NCBI GenBank assembly: GCA_045863395.1
Contig: BTVJ01000026.1
Span: 31,288-95,287 of the forward strand
DNA: 64,000 bases
Source of the DNA: Myxococcales bacterium
GTDB taxonomy: Bacteria > Myxococcota_A > UBA9042 > JABWCM01 > BTVJ01
Reading direction: 5' to 3'
Shown: positions 1-9,582 of the stretch, piece after piece
Position numbering within the stretch: position 1 is the first letter of the stretch
Layout of the letters: every line of letters begins with the position of its first letter
Translations under genes and position numbers: made by a program
Notes under the pieces: model-generated
Databases searched by the model: none
Told to the model about the DNA's origin: nothing
Seen by the model: the letters and a program-made list of their open reading frames with translations, nothing else

Positions 1-1
1 C

Positions 2-328
2 GAGGAGATCACCGACGAAGAGAAGTCCATGCAGCTCCCGTGGAGGGTGAAGATCCGACTCGTGCTGGTCGACGACGACAAGGATGAGCACACCTTCGAG
101 ACGCAGACCGCGCTCATGCTGCGGGAGCCTCTGGACTTCACGCTCGGTGGGGTGGTCACCAACCTTCGCGGGGCCCTCGGTGGCCGCGACGGAGGCGCGC
201 AGCCTGCCGGCGCCGGGTTTGGGATCCCCGGGCAGCCCGGAGTGCCCGGGCAGCCCGTCCAACCGGCTGGCGGTCATGGCGGAGGCGCTCAGCCCCTGGC
301 GGCGCCCAACCCGGGTGGGGGGCGGTGA
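2..328 (+). CDS. gspJ: Type II secretion pseudopilin GspJ-like protein, C-terminal part (runs off the left edge)
   Basis: Frame is open from position 2 (EEITDEEKSMQLPWRVKIRLVLVDDDKDEHTFETQTALML). The LPxxVxIxL...F.T segment resembles GspJ C-termini, and the stop overlaps the gspK start. Confidence 0.55.
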   Translation, partial: EEITDEEKSMQLPWRVKIRLVLVDDDKDEHTFETQTALMLREPLDFTLGGVVTNLRGALGGRDGGAQPAGAGFGIPGQPGVPGQPVQPAGGHGGGAQPLAAPNPGGGR

Positions 329-1575
329 TGGGTGGGCGCACCAGGGACGAGCGTCCCCTGCGCGACGGGTGGGACCGGATCCGACCGCTGCTCGCCGCGG
401 ACGTGGCGCGCCGCGGGCGAGGCGTGGCGCTGCTCATCGTCATGGTCATGGTGGCGGTGCTCGCGGCCTTCAGCGCGGAGTTCAGCTACAACACCCGGGT
501 CAACCTGCGCATGGCGTCGAACCTGGAGCGCGACGTCCAGGCCTACTACCACGCTCGCAGCGCCATCGAGGTGGCGCGCATGGTCATCCGCGGGCAGGCG
601 ATGCTCAACCAGGTGCTCAGCCTGATGGCCGCCGGGGGCGGCGGCGCGCAGAACATCGAGCTGTGGAGCTACGCCTGCAAGTTCGCAGAGATCTACAACA
701 CCGGCAAGGTGGACCTCTTCGGCAAGGAGATGTTCGACCTGTCGGGTCAGGCGGGCATCGGCGTGAAGAACGGGAGCTTCACGTGCACGGCCGACGCGGA
801 GGACGGTCGGGTCAACGTGAACTTTGGCGAGACGGTCGAGGCGAAGAAGGCCATGTTCGCGGAGCTGTTCGGGTTCCTGCGGGGCCCGCGCATCGAGGGC
901 CATGGCCTGACGGACGACGACGAGGAGATCATCGACACCCTGCTCAACATCATGGACTGGGTCGACCCGGACGAGGTGAGGACGGACTTCAACCCCCTCG
1001 ATGGATCGTTCCAGGAGGGTGGCGGCTCGGGGGAGGACTTCGACTACTCGAAGTACGACTATGGGGCCAAGAACGCCAAGTTCGATTCGGTGGAGGAGCT
1101 GCGCCTCGTGGAGGGCATGGACGACGAGATGTTCTGCAAGCTGCGGGACAAGGTGACCGTCTACTCCACGGAGAAGCTCAACGTGAACACGGCGGACATG
1201 GGGCTGATCAATGCGGTGCTGTGCCAGTCGCTGCCGACGGACCAGCAGCTCACCATGTGCCTGCCGAACGCGGCGCTCGGGGGCATCACGCCCATGGACG
1301 CCGTGGGCGCCGTCGTGGACCAGTGCCGCGAGATCAAGAAGATGCTGATGATGACGCCCTTCAACAACACGCAGAAGTTCCAGCAGGTGGTCAATGGGGT
1401 GTCCGCGTACCTGCAGGCGCCCATCCAGGTGCCGGCGACGGCGCTCCAGCACTTCGGGACCAAGAGCCGCGTCATCCGCATCTCTGCGTCGGGCACCGTC
1501 GGGCACACCACCAAGACCTTGACCGGCGTGATCGACACTGGGAGCGGCAAGTATGTATATTGGCGCGAAGACTGA
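325..1575 (+). CDS. gspK: Type II secretion minor pseudopilin GspK
   Basis: Prepilin-like RRGRGVALLIVMVMVAVL, EDGRVNVN, IMDWVDPD, KNAKFDSVEELRLVEGM and KLNVNTA motifs typical of GspK. Confidence 0.9.
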   Translation: MMGGRTRDERPLRDGWDRIRPLLAADVARRGRGVALLIVMVMVAVLAAFSAEFSYNTRVNLRMASNLERDVQAYYHARSAIEVARMVIRGQAMLNQVLSLMAAGGGGAQNIELWSYACKFAEIYNTGKVDLFGKEMFDLSGQAGIGVKNGSFTCTADAEDGRVNVNFGETVEAKKAMFAELFGFLRGPRIEGHGLTDDDEEIIDTLLNIMDWVDPDEVRTDFNPLDGSFQEGGGSGEDFDYSKYDYGAKNAKFDSVEELRLVEGMDDEMFCKLRDKVTVYSTEKLNVNTADMGLINAVLCQSLPTDQQLTMCLPNAALGGITPMDAVGAVVDQCREIKKMLMMTPFNNTQKFQQVVNGVSAYLQAPIQVPATALQHFGTKSRVIRISASGTVGHTTKTLTGVIDTGSGKYVYWRED

Positions 1576-1629
1576 CGGTCAGGCATGCTCGGGCGGGTGC
1601 GTGGCCACGGGCAGCAGGCAGGGCAGGGC

Positions 1630-3807
1630 ATGAGTCAGAGGATCCTCGGGCTGGACATCGGTTCCTCCTCGGTCAAGGCCGTGGTGCTGGAGACGTCGTT
1701 CCGGTCGTTCCAGCTCGTCAGCTTCGCCGAGCGGAGCGTCCGCGACGTCCCGGACGAATCGGAGCGGGACGCACGCAAGGAGGTGCTGCGGCAGATGGTC
1801 GCCACGGGCGAGGCGCGGGCCGAGGTGGTCATGTGCGCGCTCCCCGGCGACAAGGTCATGAGCCGCATCCTGACGTTGCCGTTCGGTGAGCCCAAGCGCA
1901 TCGAGGCGGTGCTCGGCTTCGAGCTGGAGTCCTTCCTGCCCATGGGCGTGGACCAGATGGTCTACGATTACCAGATCCTTCATCGGGGGGAGGACAAGAC
2001 CACGGTTCTGGCTGCGGCGGTCCAGCGGACCTTCCTGTCCGAGTTCTTGGAAGACCTGAAGGAGATCGGCCTCGATCCGAAGATCGTCAGCCTGGACTCA
2101 CTGAGCTACCTGAACCTCTGGGAGCACCTCAAGCGGACCGCTCCGGGCCCCGTTGCCATCGTCGACGTCGGGGCTCGCACGACGCAGGTGTGCGTCTTGG
2201 AGGACGGCCGCGCCCAGCTCGTGCGCACCATGCGCGTCGCGGGGGACGCCGTCACGGCGGCGCTCGCGCGGAGCCTGGAGGTGGAGTGGGCCGAGGCGGA
2301 GCGCATCAAGTGCGACCGGGGGCTGCTGCCGGCGAGCGGCATGGCCCTGTCCCCCGACGACCGGCGCATCGCCGACGCCTGTGCGGAGGGGGTGAAGCCG
2401 CTGCTCCGCGATCTGCGCCAGACGTTCCAGGCGTACCTTGCCCAGTCGGGGCGAGAGGGCATCGGGCGGGTCCTGCTGTGCGGCGGGAGCTCGCGCCTGT
2501 TGGGGGTCCAGGAGCACCTGGAGGAGCAGCTCGGCGTCGACGTGGAGCTGCTCGACGTAGCCTCCACGGACTTCAACAAGCTCGCCGACCCCACGGCGGG
2601 CGCCGGTATCATCCAGAAGGCGTTGGCGCTGTCACTGCGGGCCGTGGGCGGGCGCTCGCACTCGGATCTCAACTTCCGGCAGGGGCCCTACGCCTACCAG
2701 GGCGACTTCCAGTTCCTGCGGGACAAGACCTTCTACCTGATCGCCCTCGCCTTGATGCTGATGGGCGTCGCGGGCTTCAAGGCATACGCGCGCTATCGCG
2801 TCCTCGATGACCGCCGCCAGGCGCAGGTGGTGGAGCTGGCGAAGTTCTCGAAGGAGGTGCTCGGCAAGGAGCGCGACGACTACGACGCGGTCTTGCGGAC
2901 CCTCGGTGACGTGCCGGACGTGGAGGACCTGCGCATCTTCCCCGAGGTGTCTGCGACGCAGGTGTTCTACGACATCACGTCGGCGCTCCAGAGCGTCAAC
3001 TATACGTCGAAGGCGGACCTGGCGCAGGCGGTGGTCGGCGGGAAGGCTGCCTCGCGCCCGGCTGCTGGCGCGCTCCCGGGCGCCGAGGGAGACGAAGGGA
3101 GGGCGCCTGCCCCCATTCGGCCTCCCGGTCCAGCCCAGGCGGACCTGCCGATCAGCGTGGAGGACCGCGCGGCGCGCCTGGAGCGGCTGCGGGAGGCCCG
3201 GGATGCGGCCGAGGCGACGGGGCGCCTCCACACGACGCGTGGGCCGGACCTGGAGCGGCTGCGCGCCGAGCGTCTCCAGCAGCTCCGCGGTGGTCAGGTC
3301 GGGACCGGGGTCGGCGGCATGGCGGCGCCCGCGCGGGGCGTGGTGCTCCCCCCGACGCCGACGGTGCTTCCGCCCGCTCCGGCGATCCCTGGGGCGAGCG
3401 TCCGAGCCAACCGCGACGCGGTCCGCGTAGCGGAGGAGCCCCGGGGTGCCCTTGCCGCGCCGGGCGCCATGCCGCGCGATGGTGAGGTGCGTCCCGAGGG
3501 GGAGGCGCCGCCGGCAGAGGGCGGCGCGCCTGCGAATGACAACCTCCAGGTGGAGCTGGAGGAGGTCCGCATCGAGGAGTCCTCCGCCTACGTCAAGGGC
3601 CAGGCCAACACCATCGAGGCGCTGGAGCTCTTTGCGCAGCGGCTCGAGGCGCACCGGTGCTTGCGGGACGTGGTGACGGCGGACACGGACAAGGTGACCT
3701 TCGCGCGGCACCAGGGCTGGCTGATGTTCAAGCTGGAGATGGCGCTCGACTGCCGAGACCCGAAGAAGGCAGCGAAGAAGGACAAGAAGACCGGGGAGGC
3801 GGAGTGA
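1630..3807 (+). CDS. gspL: Type II secretion GspL / PilM-like actin-fold protein with a TM segment and a long low-complexity insert
   Basis: ILGLDIGSSSVKAV, VDVGARTT and LCGGSSRL actin-like motifs, then LNFRQG plus a TM helix; lies between gspK and gspM. Confidence 0.8.
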   Translation: MSQRILGLDIGSSSVKAVVLETSFRSFQLVSFAERSVRDVPDESERDARKEVLRQMVATGEARAEVVMCALPGDKVMSRILTLPFGEPKRIEAVLGFELESFLPMGVDQMVYDYQILHRGEDKTTVLAAAVQRTFLSEFLEDLKEIGLDPKIVSLDSLSYLNLWEHLKRTAPGPVAIVDVGARTTQVCVLEDGRAQLVRTMRVAGDAVTAALARSLEVEWAEAERIKCDRGLLPASGMALSPDDRRIADACAEGVKPLLRDLRQTFQAYLAQSGREGIGRVLLCGGSSRLLGVQEHLEEQLGVDVELLDVASTDFNKLADPTAGAGIIQKALALSLRAVGGRSHSDLNFRQGPYAYQGDFQFLRDKTFYLIALALMLMGVAGFKAYARYRVLDDRRQAQVVELAKFSKEVLGKERDDYDAVLRTLGDVPDVEDLRIFPEVSATQVFYDITSALQSVNYTSKADLAQAVVGGKAASRPAAGALPGAEGDEGRAPAPIRPPGPAQADLPISVEDRAARLERLREARDAAEATGRLHTTRGPDLERLRAERLQQLRGGQVGTGVGGMAAPARGVVLPPTPTVLPPAPAIPGASVRANRDAVRVAEEPRGALAAPGAMPRDGEVRPEGEAPPAEGGAPANDNLQVELEEVRIEESSAYVKGQANTIEALELFAQRLEAHRCLRDVVTADTDKVTFARHQGWLMFKLEMALDCRDPKKAAKKDKKTGEAE

Positions 3808-4451
3808 TGGCGTCCGAGGGAAGGTTCGCCGCATTTGATCGCCTGTCGACCCGCGAGAAGCTGATGGTCGGCGGACTCGGGGCCTTCTTCCTGGTCGGGG
3901 TCGTCCTCGTCGTCGTGTTGGTAGTGAGCAGCTACCTGTCGGGGATCGAGGAGGAGATTGCGGACGCCGAGGAGAAATCCAAGAAGCTCCAGGCGGCGGC
4001 CTCGACCTACCTGGAGGTGAAGTCCAAGGAGGAGGCCCTGCTCGACCTGCTGCAGAACAACCCCATCGTCAGCCTCCGGATCCCCATCAACAACCTGGCC
4101 AAGAGCGTCACGCTGCCGGACAACACGACCCTGAGCGACGTCATCCGCTTCGAGGGCAAGACGGTGGAGACGCCCATCGCCGCGTTCGGAGACAAGAAGG
4201 GCAAGAAGAAGCCCAAGAAGAAGGGCAAGGGCGAGGAGGACACGGGGCCCCAGACCTTGAAGATCGAGCAGGACTTCGAGTTCCGGGACGTCCCGATCGC
4301 GTCGCTGTTCGACTTTCTGGAGAACATCGAGAAGAGCCCCGACCTGCTGTTCGTGACGAAGCTGGAGATCCGCCGGAAGTTCGGCGACTACGACAAGGCC
4401 CAGTCCGCCTTCGTAACGGTCTCCACGTACAAGCGGACGGGGACGCCATGA
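3807..4451 (+). CDS. gspM: GspM-like T2SS inner-membrane platform protein
   Basis: ATG overlaps the gspL stop (TGATG). LSTREKLMV followed by a TM helix and coiled coil; C-terminal LFDFLENIE..LFVTKLEI. Confidence 0.65.
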   Translation: MASEGRFAAFDRLSTREKLMVGGLGAFFLVGVVLVVVLVVSSYLSGIEEEIADAEEKSKKLQAAASTYLEVKSKEEALLDLLQNNPIVSLRIPINNLAKSVTLPDNTTLSDVIRFEGKTVETPIAAFGDKKGKKKPKKKGKGEEDTGPQTLKIEQDFEFRDVPIASLFDFLENIEKSPDLLFVTKLEIRRKFGDYDKAQSAFVTVSTYKRTGTP

Positions 4452-6184
4452 GCAGCATCTGGAAGACCATCGCCAGGGGCTTCGGCTACCTGATCTTCTT
4501 CGTCGTGGCGCTGGTCTTCTTCGTCTACGTCACCTTCCCCATGGAGCAGGTGCGCGGCTACGTGGAGTACCAGGCGCAGAAGCGCCTGAAGATGGACGTC
4601 CGAATCGGCGAGCTGGCGCTGAAGGGCCTCGGTGGGGTGGAGCTCTGGGACGTCGTCGTCGTGCTCCCCGAGAAGCCGAAGGAGCCGTCGGCGGCGGAGG
4701 AGGCGGGTGTGACGCGCCCCGGCGGCCCGGCGACCGAGGCGCCGCCAGCCGCTCCGAGGGCGCCGGCCGCGGCGAAGCCGGTCGATGCCGCCAAGGCGGG
4801 CGCTACGCCCAAGGCGCCCCCCAAGGCGCTCCCCAAGGATGCCGCCGCTTCCGAGGGAGACGCCAAGACGGACAAGAAGCCCAAGGGCCTGCGGGTGAAG
4901 ATCGACCACGTGGACGTCAGCGTCAGTCTCCTCGACGTGCTCTTCGGCAAGGAGCCGGACGTGCGCATCGACGCGGAGCTGCTGGGCGGGTCCATCTCGG
5001 ACGCTCACGTCAGGAAGGATGGAAAGAAGATCCGCATCGAGGCCAAGGAGGTGAGCGGCCTCGATCTCACCGCGACGCCGCTGCTCGGCTACGTCGGTCC
5101 CTTCGACGTGCGGGGCAAGCTGTCCGGGAGCATCGACTTCACCTGGGGCGGGAGCCTGTGGGACAGCGCAGGCACCATCGAGCTGGCCCTGGCCCAGTCG
5201 TCCATCCGCCAGCCGGAGCTCAAGTCCAAGGCGTACGGGGACTTCAAGCTCACGGACGTCAAGACCGGCGCCCTCGCCGTGAAGGTGGCGGTCGGGAAGA
5301 AGGCGGACATCGCGACGCTGCGCGCGGCCCCCGGCCCCAAGGACGCCACGGTCGTTCACCTGGAGAAGGTGGAGTCGAGCGGCGAAGACGCGGAGCTGGT
5401 CACCGAGGAGCGGAGCGTGTTCGTGCTGCGCAAGGGCAAGCCGTTTGGAGACGCGTCCATGACCGTGGAGATCGCCTTCGCCCTGTCGGAGCCCTTCTTC
5501 GAGCGGGAGGTGGTGCGCCAGGGGGAGAAGGAGAAGCCCAACAAGTTCCTGAAGTACCTCCTCGAGCACGACGCCAAGTGGAAGAAGGCAGAGAAGAACG
5601 GGTTCTATGGCCTCCGGTGCACCGGCGTGGTCAAGCGGCCCGAGTGCCTCCCGGTGCGGCCCACGATGCGCGTGGGCTTTGCGAAGGCGCGCACCGATGG
5701 CGGAGAGGAGCCCGCCAAGGACGCCCCCGAGAAGGGCGACGCGTTGGACACGAAGCGTCCCGAGACGCCGGCGCCGAGCGCCCGCGGGGACCAGCGGGAG
5801 CCGGGGGCGCGACCGACGCTGGGGACGGTGCAGGACCTGCCGCGGGAGCGCCCGACCCAGGTCGAGGCGGAGCCCGTGGATGAAGGGCCGCAGCCGAAGG
5901 TGCCGCGCATCCGCACGCCGGCGACCGGCGTCGACCCCAAGGTGCGCATCGAGCAGCTCAAGGCGGAGCGGGAGCAGCGGCTGCAGGAGATGCGCGCCGC
6001 CCGGGGGCTGCCCCCGGAGCCCGTAGCCGAGCCTCTGCCCGAGGACGCGCCGCTGCCTCTGGACGAGGAGCTGGTCGACGAGGTGCCACTGGACGAAGTG
6101 CCTCTGGATGACGCTCCCCACGTGGAGGGAGCCATCGACGAGCTGCCCTTGGACGAAGACCCCAACTTCGACCCGGACCGCTGA
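4448..6184 (+). CDS. gspN: GspN-like T2SS protein (deltaproteobacterial type) with Pro/Ala/Lys-rich and acidic extensions
   Basis: N-terminal TM followed by YVTFP, a beta-rich body, and last position in the operon. Confidence 0.65.
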   Translation: MSSIWKTIARGFGYLIFFVVALVFFVYVTFPMEQVRGYVEYQAQKRLKMDVRIGELALKGLGGVELWDVVVVLPEKPKEPSAAEEAGVTRPGGPATEAPPAAPRAPAAAKPVDAAKAGATPKAPPKALPKDAAASEGDAKTDKKPKGLRVKIDHVDVSVSLLDVLFGKEPDVRIDAELLGGSISDAHVRKDGKKIRIEAKEVSGLDLTATPLLGYVGPFDVRGKLSGSIDFTWGGSLWDSAGTIELALAQSSIRQPELKSKAYGDFKLTDVKTGALAVKVAVGKKADIATLRAAPGPKDATVVHLEKVESSGEDAELVTEERSVFVLRKGKPFGDASMTVEIAFALSEPFFEREVVRQGEKEKPNKFLKYLLEHDAKWKKAEKNGFYGLRCTGVVKRPECLPVRPTMRVGFAKARTDGGEEPAKDAPEKGDALDTKRPETPAPSARGDQREPGARPTLGTVQDLPRERPTQVEAEPVDEGPQPKVPRIRTPATGVDPKVRIEQLKAEREQRLQEMRAARGLPPEPVAEPLPEDAPLPLDEELVDEVPLDEVPLDDAPHVEGAIDELPLDEDPNFDPDR

Positions 6185-6193
6185 TCAGGGTCC

Positions 6194-6958
6194 TCAGGGC
6201 TTGCGGTCGTGCCGCACTGTCCCGTCTGTCTCCGTCGCGCCTTGACCCGAGCGGGCGAACTCCCGGCGGTGCACTGCCTCCACCTCCACCGTCCCCGTCT
6301 CCAGATCGAAGTGGAGCTGACGCACCGCGTGTGACGCGATGGCGAGCAGCGGGGTGCCGTCCAGCGCCTCGGTGCGCGTCGTCGAGCGCACGTCGGCCTC
6401 GATGACGCCCAGCGTGCGCTCGCCTGCGTTGAGCGTGCCCAGGAAGGTGACCGTCTCCGACTGCTTGCCGGTCGTCTTCGTGCCGTCTCCGCCCAGCCGG
6501 ACGACGGGGTTCTCGCTCGACCAGCTCTCGCCCGGAGCGAGCGCCCGCTTGGGCGCGTCGAGGGCCGTCTTGTCCAGGCGGTAGTCCTGGAGCAGGGCCC
6601 GCTTCGCGTCGTCGGCGAGAGGCTGAGGCTTGCCGTCGAGGGTGGCCTTCGCATCCATGGACACGACCTTCCAGGACAGCGAGCCGTCGGGCCCCTTGGC
6701 GATCTCGGAGGTGGCGTTCGCCGTGACCGCCCACACCTGGTGGGACGGCTGGAGGCGCGTGACCGTGCCCGTGAGCTGTGTCGCGTAGCTGCCGTGCAGT
6801 GGGAACCGAGGGGACGGGACCACGAGCGGGGAGCCGGAGGTGACCAGGCCGGCGGGGGGCGGGAGCGACGCGTCCAGCTCGGAAGGGGAGGGCACCTTCA
6901 GGGTCGCGCAGGCGCCCAGAAGCGCGCACGCGACGAGCGCCGGGAGTGCGCGAAGCAT
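6194..6958 (-). CDS. Hypothetical lipoprotein
   Basis: Signal peptide with lipobox LGAC; RBS-like GGAG upstream. Confidence 0.6.
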   Translation of the reverse strand: MLRALPALVACALLGACATLKVPSPSELDASLPPPAGLVTSGSPLVVPSPRFPLHGSYATQLTGTVTRLQPSHQVWAVTANATSEIAKGPDGSLSWKVVSMDAKATLDGKPQPLADDAKRALLQDYRLDKTALDAPKRALAPGESWSSENPVVRLGGDGTKTTGKQSETVTFLGTLNAGERTLGVIEADVRSTTRTEALDGTPLLAIASHAVRQLHFDLETGTVEVEAVHRREFARSGQGATETDGTVRHDRKP

Positions 6959-6979
6959 CGGGGGCTCCTTGGTGGCGAC

Positions 6980-7930
6980 CTACTGGCCGCCGCAGTACTT
7001 CTTGCCGGCGTTGTTTTCGTTGCAGCTCGTGTAGTCGGGCGAGATGGTCTTGCAGCCGTCCAGGCCGCCAAGTCCGGTGGAGCTGTCGCAGCGGATTGCG
7101 CAGTGGTCGATCTGGCCCTTGCTGCCCTCCGGCTTCACGCACGTGAAGTACAGCTTGGCGGCCGGGTCGTCGTCCTTGGAGCACTCGGGCGTGAATCCCG
7201 GACAGCCTCCGCACCGCTTCGCGCACACCTTGAACTTGCCACCGGTGACGTTGGGGTTGGTGTCCGTGCACAGCCCGTGGATGCAGTCACCGTTCTCCTG
7301 GCAAGGCTCGCCCGGGAGCAGGCCGTCAGGGTTCGGCGCGTCTTCGGTGTTGTAGCAGCCCGCGCCCGGGTTCACGGGCGTGACGCCGCCGTCGCCCCCG
7401 GACGCATCGGACCCACCCCCGCCCGACCCGTCCCCTCCTCCGCTGCCGCTGCCGTCCGCGCCGCCCCCGTTGAGCGCGCTGTTCACGCAGATCTTGCTGG
7501 CTCCGATCCCGACGTTCTTGCACGCGTCGTAGCCGAGCTGCGCCTTGGTGCAATCTGAATCGGAGGTGCAGGAGATGACGCACCGCCGGAGCTGCTGCCC
7601 CAGGTCGTTCTTGTAGGGCAGGCACGTGTAGAACACCCCCTCCGCCTCGAGATCCAGGGTCTTGCACTCGATGGGCAGGGGGCACACGCCGGAGCACGAG
7701 CGGATGCAGATCTTCTTCGTCGGAGACGCGAACTTGTCGGTGCCGCAGACATTGCTCTGGCACTCCTCGTTCTTCTCGCACGGCACGCCGGCGACCTTGC
7801 CCGACTCCTGGGGGGCGGGTGAGTCGCAGTAGTCGGCCGTCCCCCCGCCCGACGAGCTGTCACACGCAGCGCTCGGCCCGAGCAGCGCGAAGGCGGCCAC
7901 GGCGAGGGCCCAGGTGCAGGTTGGCTTCAT
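6980..7930 (-). CDS. Cys-rich lipoprotein with two disulfide-rich modules and a Gly/Ser linker
   Basis: MKPTCTWALAVAAFALLGPSAAC lipobox, GAGGAG RBS; modules begin CEKNEECQSNVC and CQENGDCIHGLC. Confidence 0.75.
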   Translation of the reverse strand: MKPTCTWALAVAAFALLGPSAACDSSSGGGTADYCDSPAPQESGKVAGVPCEKNEECQSNVCGTDKFASPTKKICIRSCSGVCPLPIECKTLDLEAEGVFYTCLPYKNDLGQQLRRCVISCTSDSDCTKAQLGYDACKNVGIGASKICVNSALNGGGADGSGSGGGDGSGGGGSDASGGDGGVTPVNPGAGCYNTEDAPNPDGLLPGEPCQENGDCIHGLCTDTNPNVTGGKFKVCAKRCGGCPGFTPECSKDDDPAAKLYFTCVKPEGSKGQIDHCAIRCDSSTGLGGLDGCKTISPDYTSCNENNAGKKYCGGQ

Positions 7931-8128
7931 GATGATCTCCTCTTCGTTCGGGGGTGCCACGGCGTCGTGGTGCGGGAGTATAGCCCACGGGTCCGCTCCA
8001 CGACAATCGCCGCGTAGGCCCACGCCGCGGAACGCTCCCGCCGGCCCCCATTTTCCTTTGTGCGAGCGAACGACCTGCGCTATCATCGCGGCTCGCGTGC
8101 CTCGAAGGTCCTCAGGAGTGCATCGGGC

Positions 8129-9445
8129 TTGGAGCCTCCCAACGAAGCCATACTGATCGCCATTCTGATCGTCCTCTCGTCCCTCTTCTCCGGCTCGGAG
8201 ACGGCGCTCACCTCGTTTGGGGAGACGCGCATCGCCCGCATGTTGGAGACGCTCAAGGCGAAGGGACGCCGGCACCGCATCCTGGAGCTGTGGCACACGA
8301 ACCCGAACCGCGTGCTCACCGCCGTCCTCGTCGGCAACAACCTCGTGAACATCGCCGCGTCCGCCCTCGCGACGGACCTCAGCTACCAGCTCGTGACCGG
8401 GGGCGACCCGGGGCACGGGGGGGAGGCCGCCCTCGCCCTCGCCGTGGGCGTCATGACCTTTGTCACGCTGGTGTTCGGCGAGATCGTCCCCAAGACCTTC
8501 GCCAAGCACAACCCGGAGCGCTTCGTGGGGCTCCTGCACGTCCTGACCTTCTTCTACTGGCTCCTCTACGTGCCGACCGTGATCCTGGAGCGCCTCTCGC
8601 GCTTCATGGTGCACATGGTCGGCGGGTCGGTGGCGAAGGAGGGGCCGTCCGTCACCGACGAGGACATCGAGGACCTGATCAAGCTCGGCGGGCGCGAGGG
8701 CGCCTTCGACGAGCACAAGGGGGAGCTGCTCAACAGCGTGCTCGACTTCGCGGACACCCTCGTCCGGGAGGTGCTCGTCCCGCGCACCGACGTCATCGGC
8801 TTCGAGGTCAACGACCCCTTCGAGAAGGTGGTCGCCGTCACCAAGGAGCAGCAGTTCTCGCGCTACCCCGTCTACGAGGAGACCGTGGATCACATCGTCG
8901 GGGTGTTCCACGTCAAGGACATGCTGGACAAGCTCGAGGGCGACCAGATTACGCAGTTCAACCTGCGGGACCTGATGCGGGCCCCCATCTACGTGCCGGA
9001 GACGAAGCGCATCAGCGAGCTGATGCGGGAGCTCCAGCGTAACAAGGTCCACCTGGCGGTCGTGGTGGACGAGTTTGGAGGGACCGCGGGCATCGTGACC
9101 ATCGAGGACATCATCGAGGAGATCTTCGGAGAGATCTACGATGAGACCGACGACGAGGAGGAGCCCGAGATCCAGGAGATGCCCGACGGGACGTGGGTCG
9201 CGGACGCGCGCATGAGCATCAAGGACCTGGAAGACATGATGGGCCTCGACTTCCCGGACGAGTCGGACTACGAGACACTCGGTGGCTTCATCATCATGCA
9301 CGCGGGCAAGGTGCCGGAGGTCAGCGAGGTGGTGCGCTGGAATGGGCTCCTCTTCACCGTGGCCGATGGTGACAGCACCAGGGTGTCCCGCGTCGTGATC
9401 TCTCGCTACGAGGGCGAGGGCAGCGGAGCCGATCCTACCGTTTGA
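8129..9445 (+). CDS. Hemolysin-family / CNNM-CBS-CorC (HlyC) Mg2+/Co2+ transporter-associated protein
   Basis: FSGSETAL, LVGNNLVNI, FGEIVPK, FSRYPVY, VVDEFGGTAGIVTIEDIIEEIFGEI and YETLGGFI motifs; TTG start after AGGAG inferred. Confidence 0.92.
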   Translation: MEPPNEAILIAILIVLSSLFSGSETALTSFGETRIARMLETLKAKGRRHRILELWHTNPNRVLTAVLVGNNLVNIAASALATDLSYQLVTGGDPGHGGEAALALAVGVMTFVTLVFGEIVPKTFAKHNPERFVGLLHVLTFFYWLLYVPTVILERLSRFMVHMVGGSVAKEGPSVTDEDIEDLIKLGGREGAFDEHKGELLNSVLDFADTLVREVLVPRTDVIGFEVNDPFEKVVAVTKEQQFSRYPVYEETVDHIVGVFHVKDMLDKLEGDQITQFNLRDLMRAPIYVPETKRISELMRELQRNKVHLAVVVDEFGGTAGIVTIEDIIEEIFGEIYDETDDEEEPEIQEMPDGTWVADARMSIKDLEDMMGLDFPDESDYETLGGFIIMHAGKVPEVSEVVRWNGLLFTVADGDSTRVSRVVISRYEGEGSGADPTV

Positions 9446-9470
9446 CAGGTCCACGGCTCAAGGGTAACAT
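9442..9470 (+). promoter_or_regulatory. Sigma70-like promoter for the downstream lipoprotein
   Basis: TTGACA (9442-9447), 17 bp spacer, TAACAT (9465-9470). Confidence 0.55.
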
Positions 9471-9582
9471 CGCGCGCCGGCTTTCCGGAAGGGCCCGATC
9501 CGTCAAGAGCAGCGCCGGTCTTCGGCGCGCGGAGCGGCACGGGACAGCAAGGCCGGAAAGCACACCCGAGATGGAGGCTCTC

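Noticed and set aside
6980..9454. 824-aa minus-strand ORF
   Set aside because: The 5' part is the antisense shadow of the CorC gene; only 6980-7930 has an RBS, signal peptide and coherent content.
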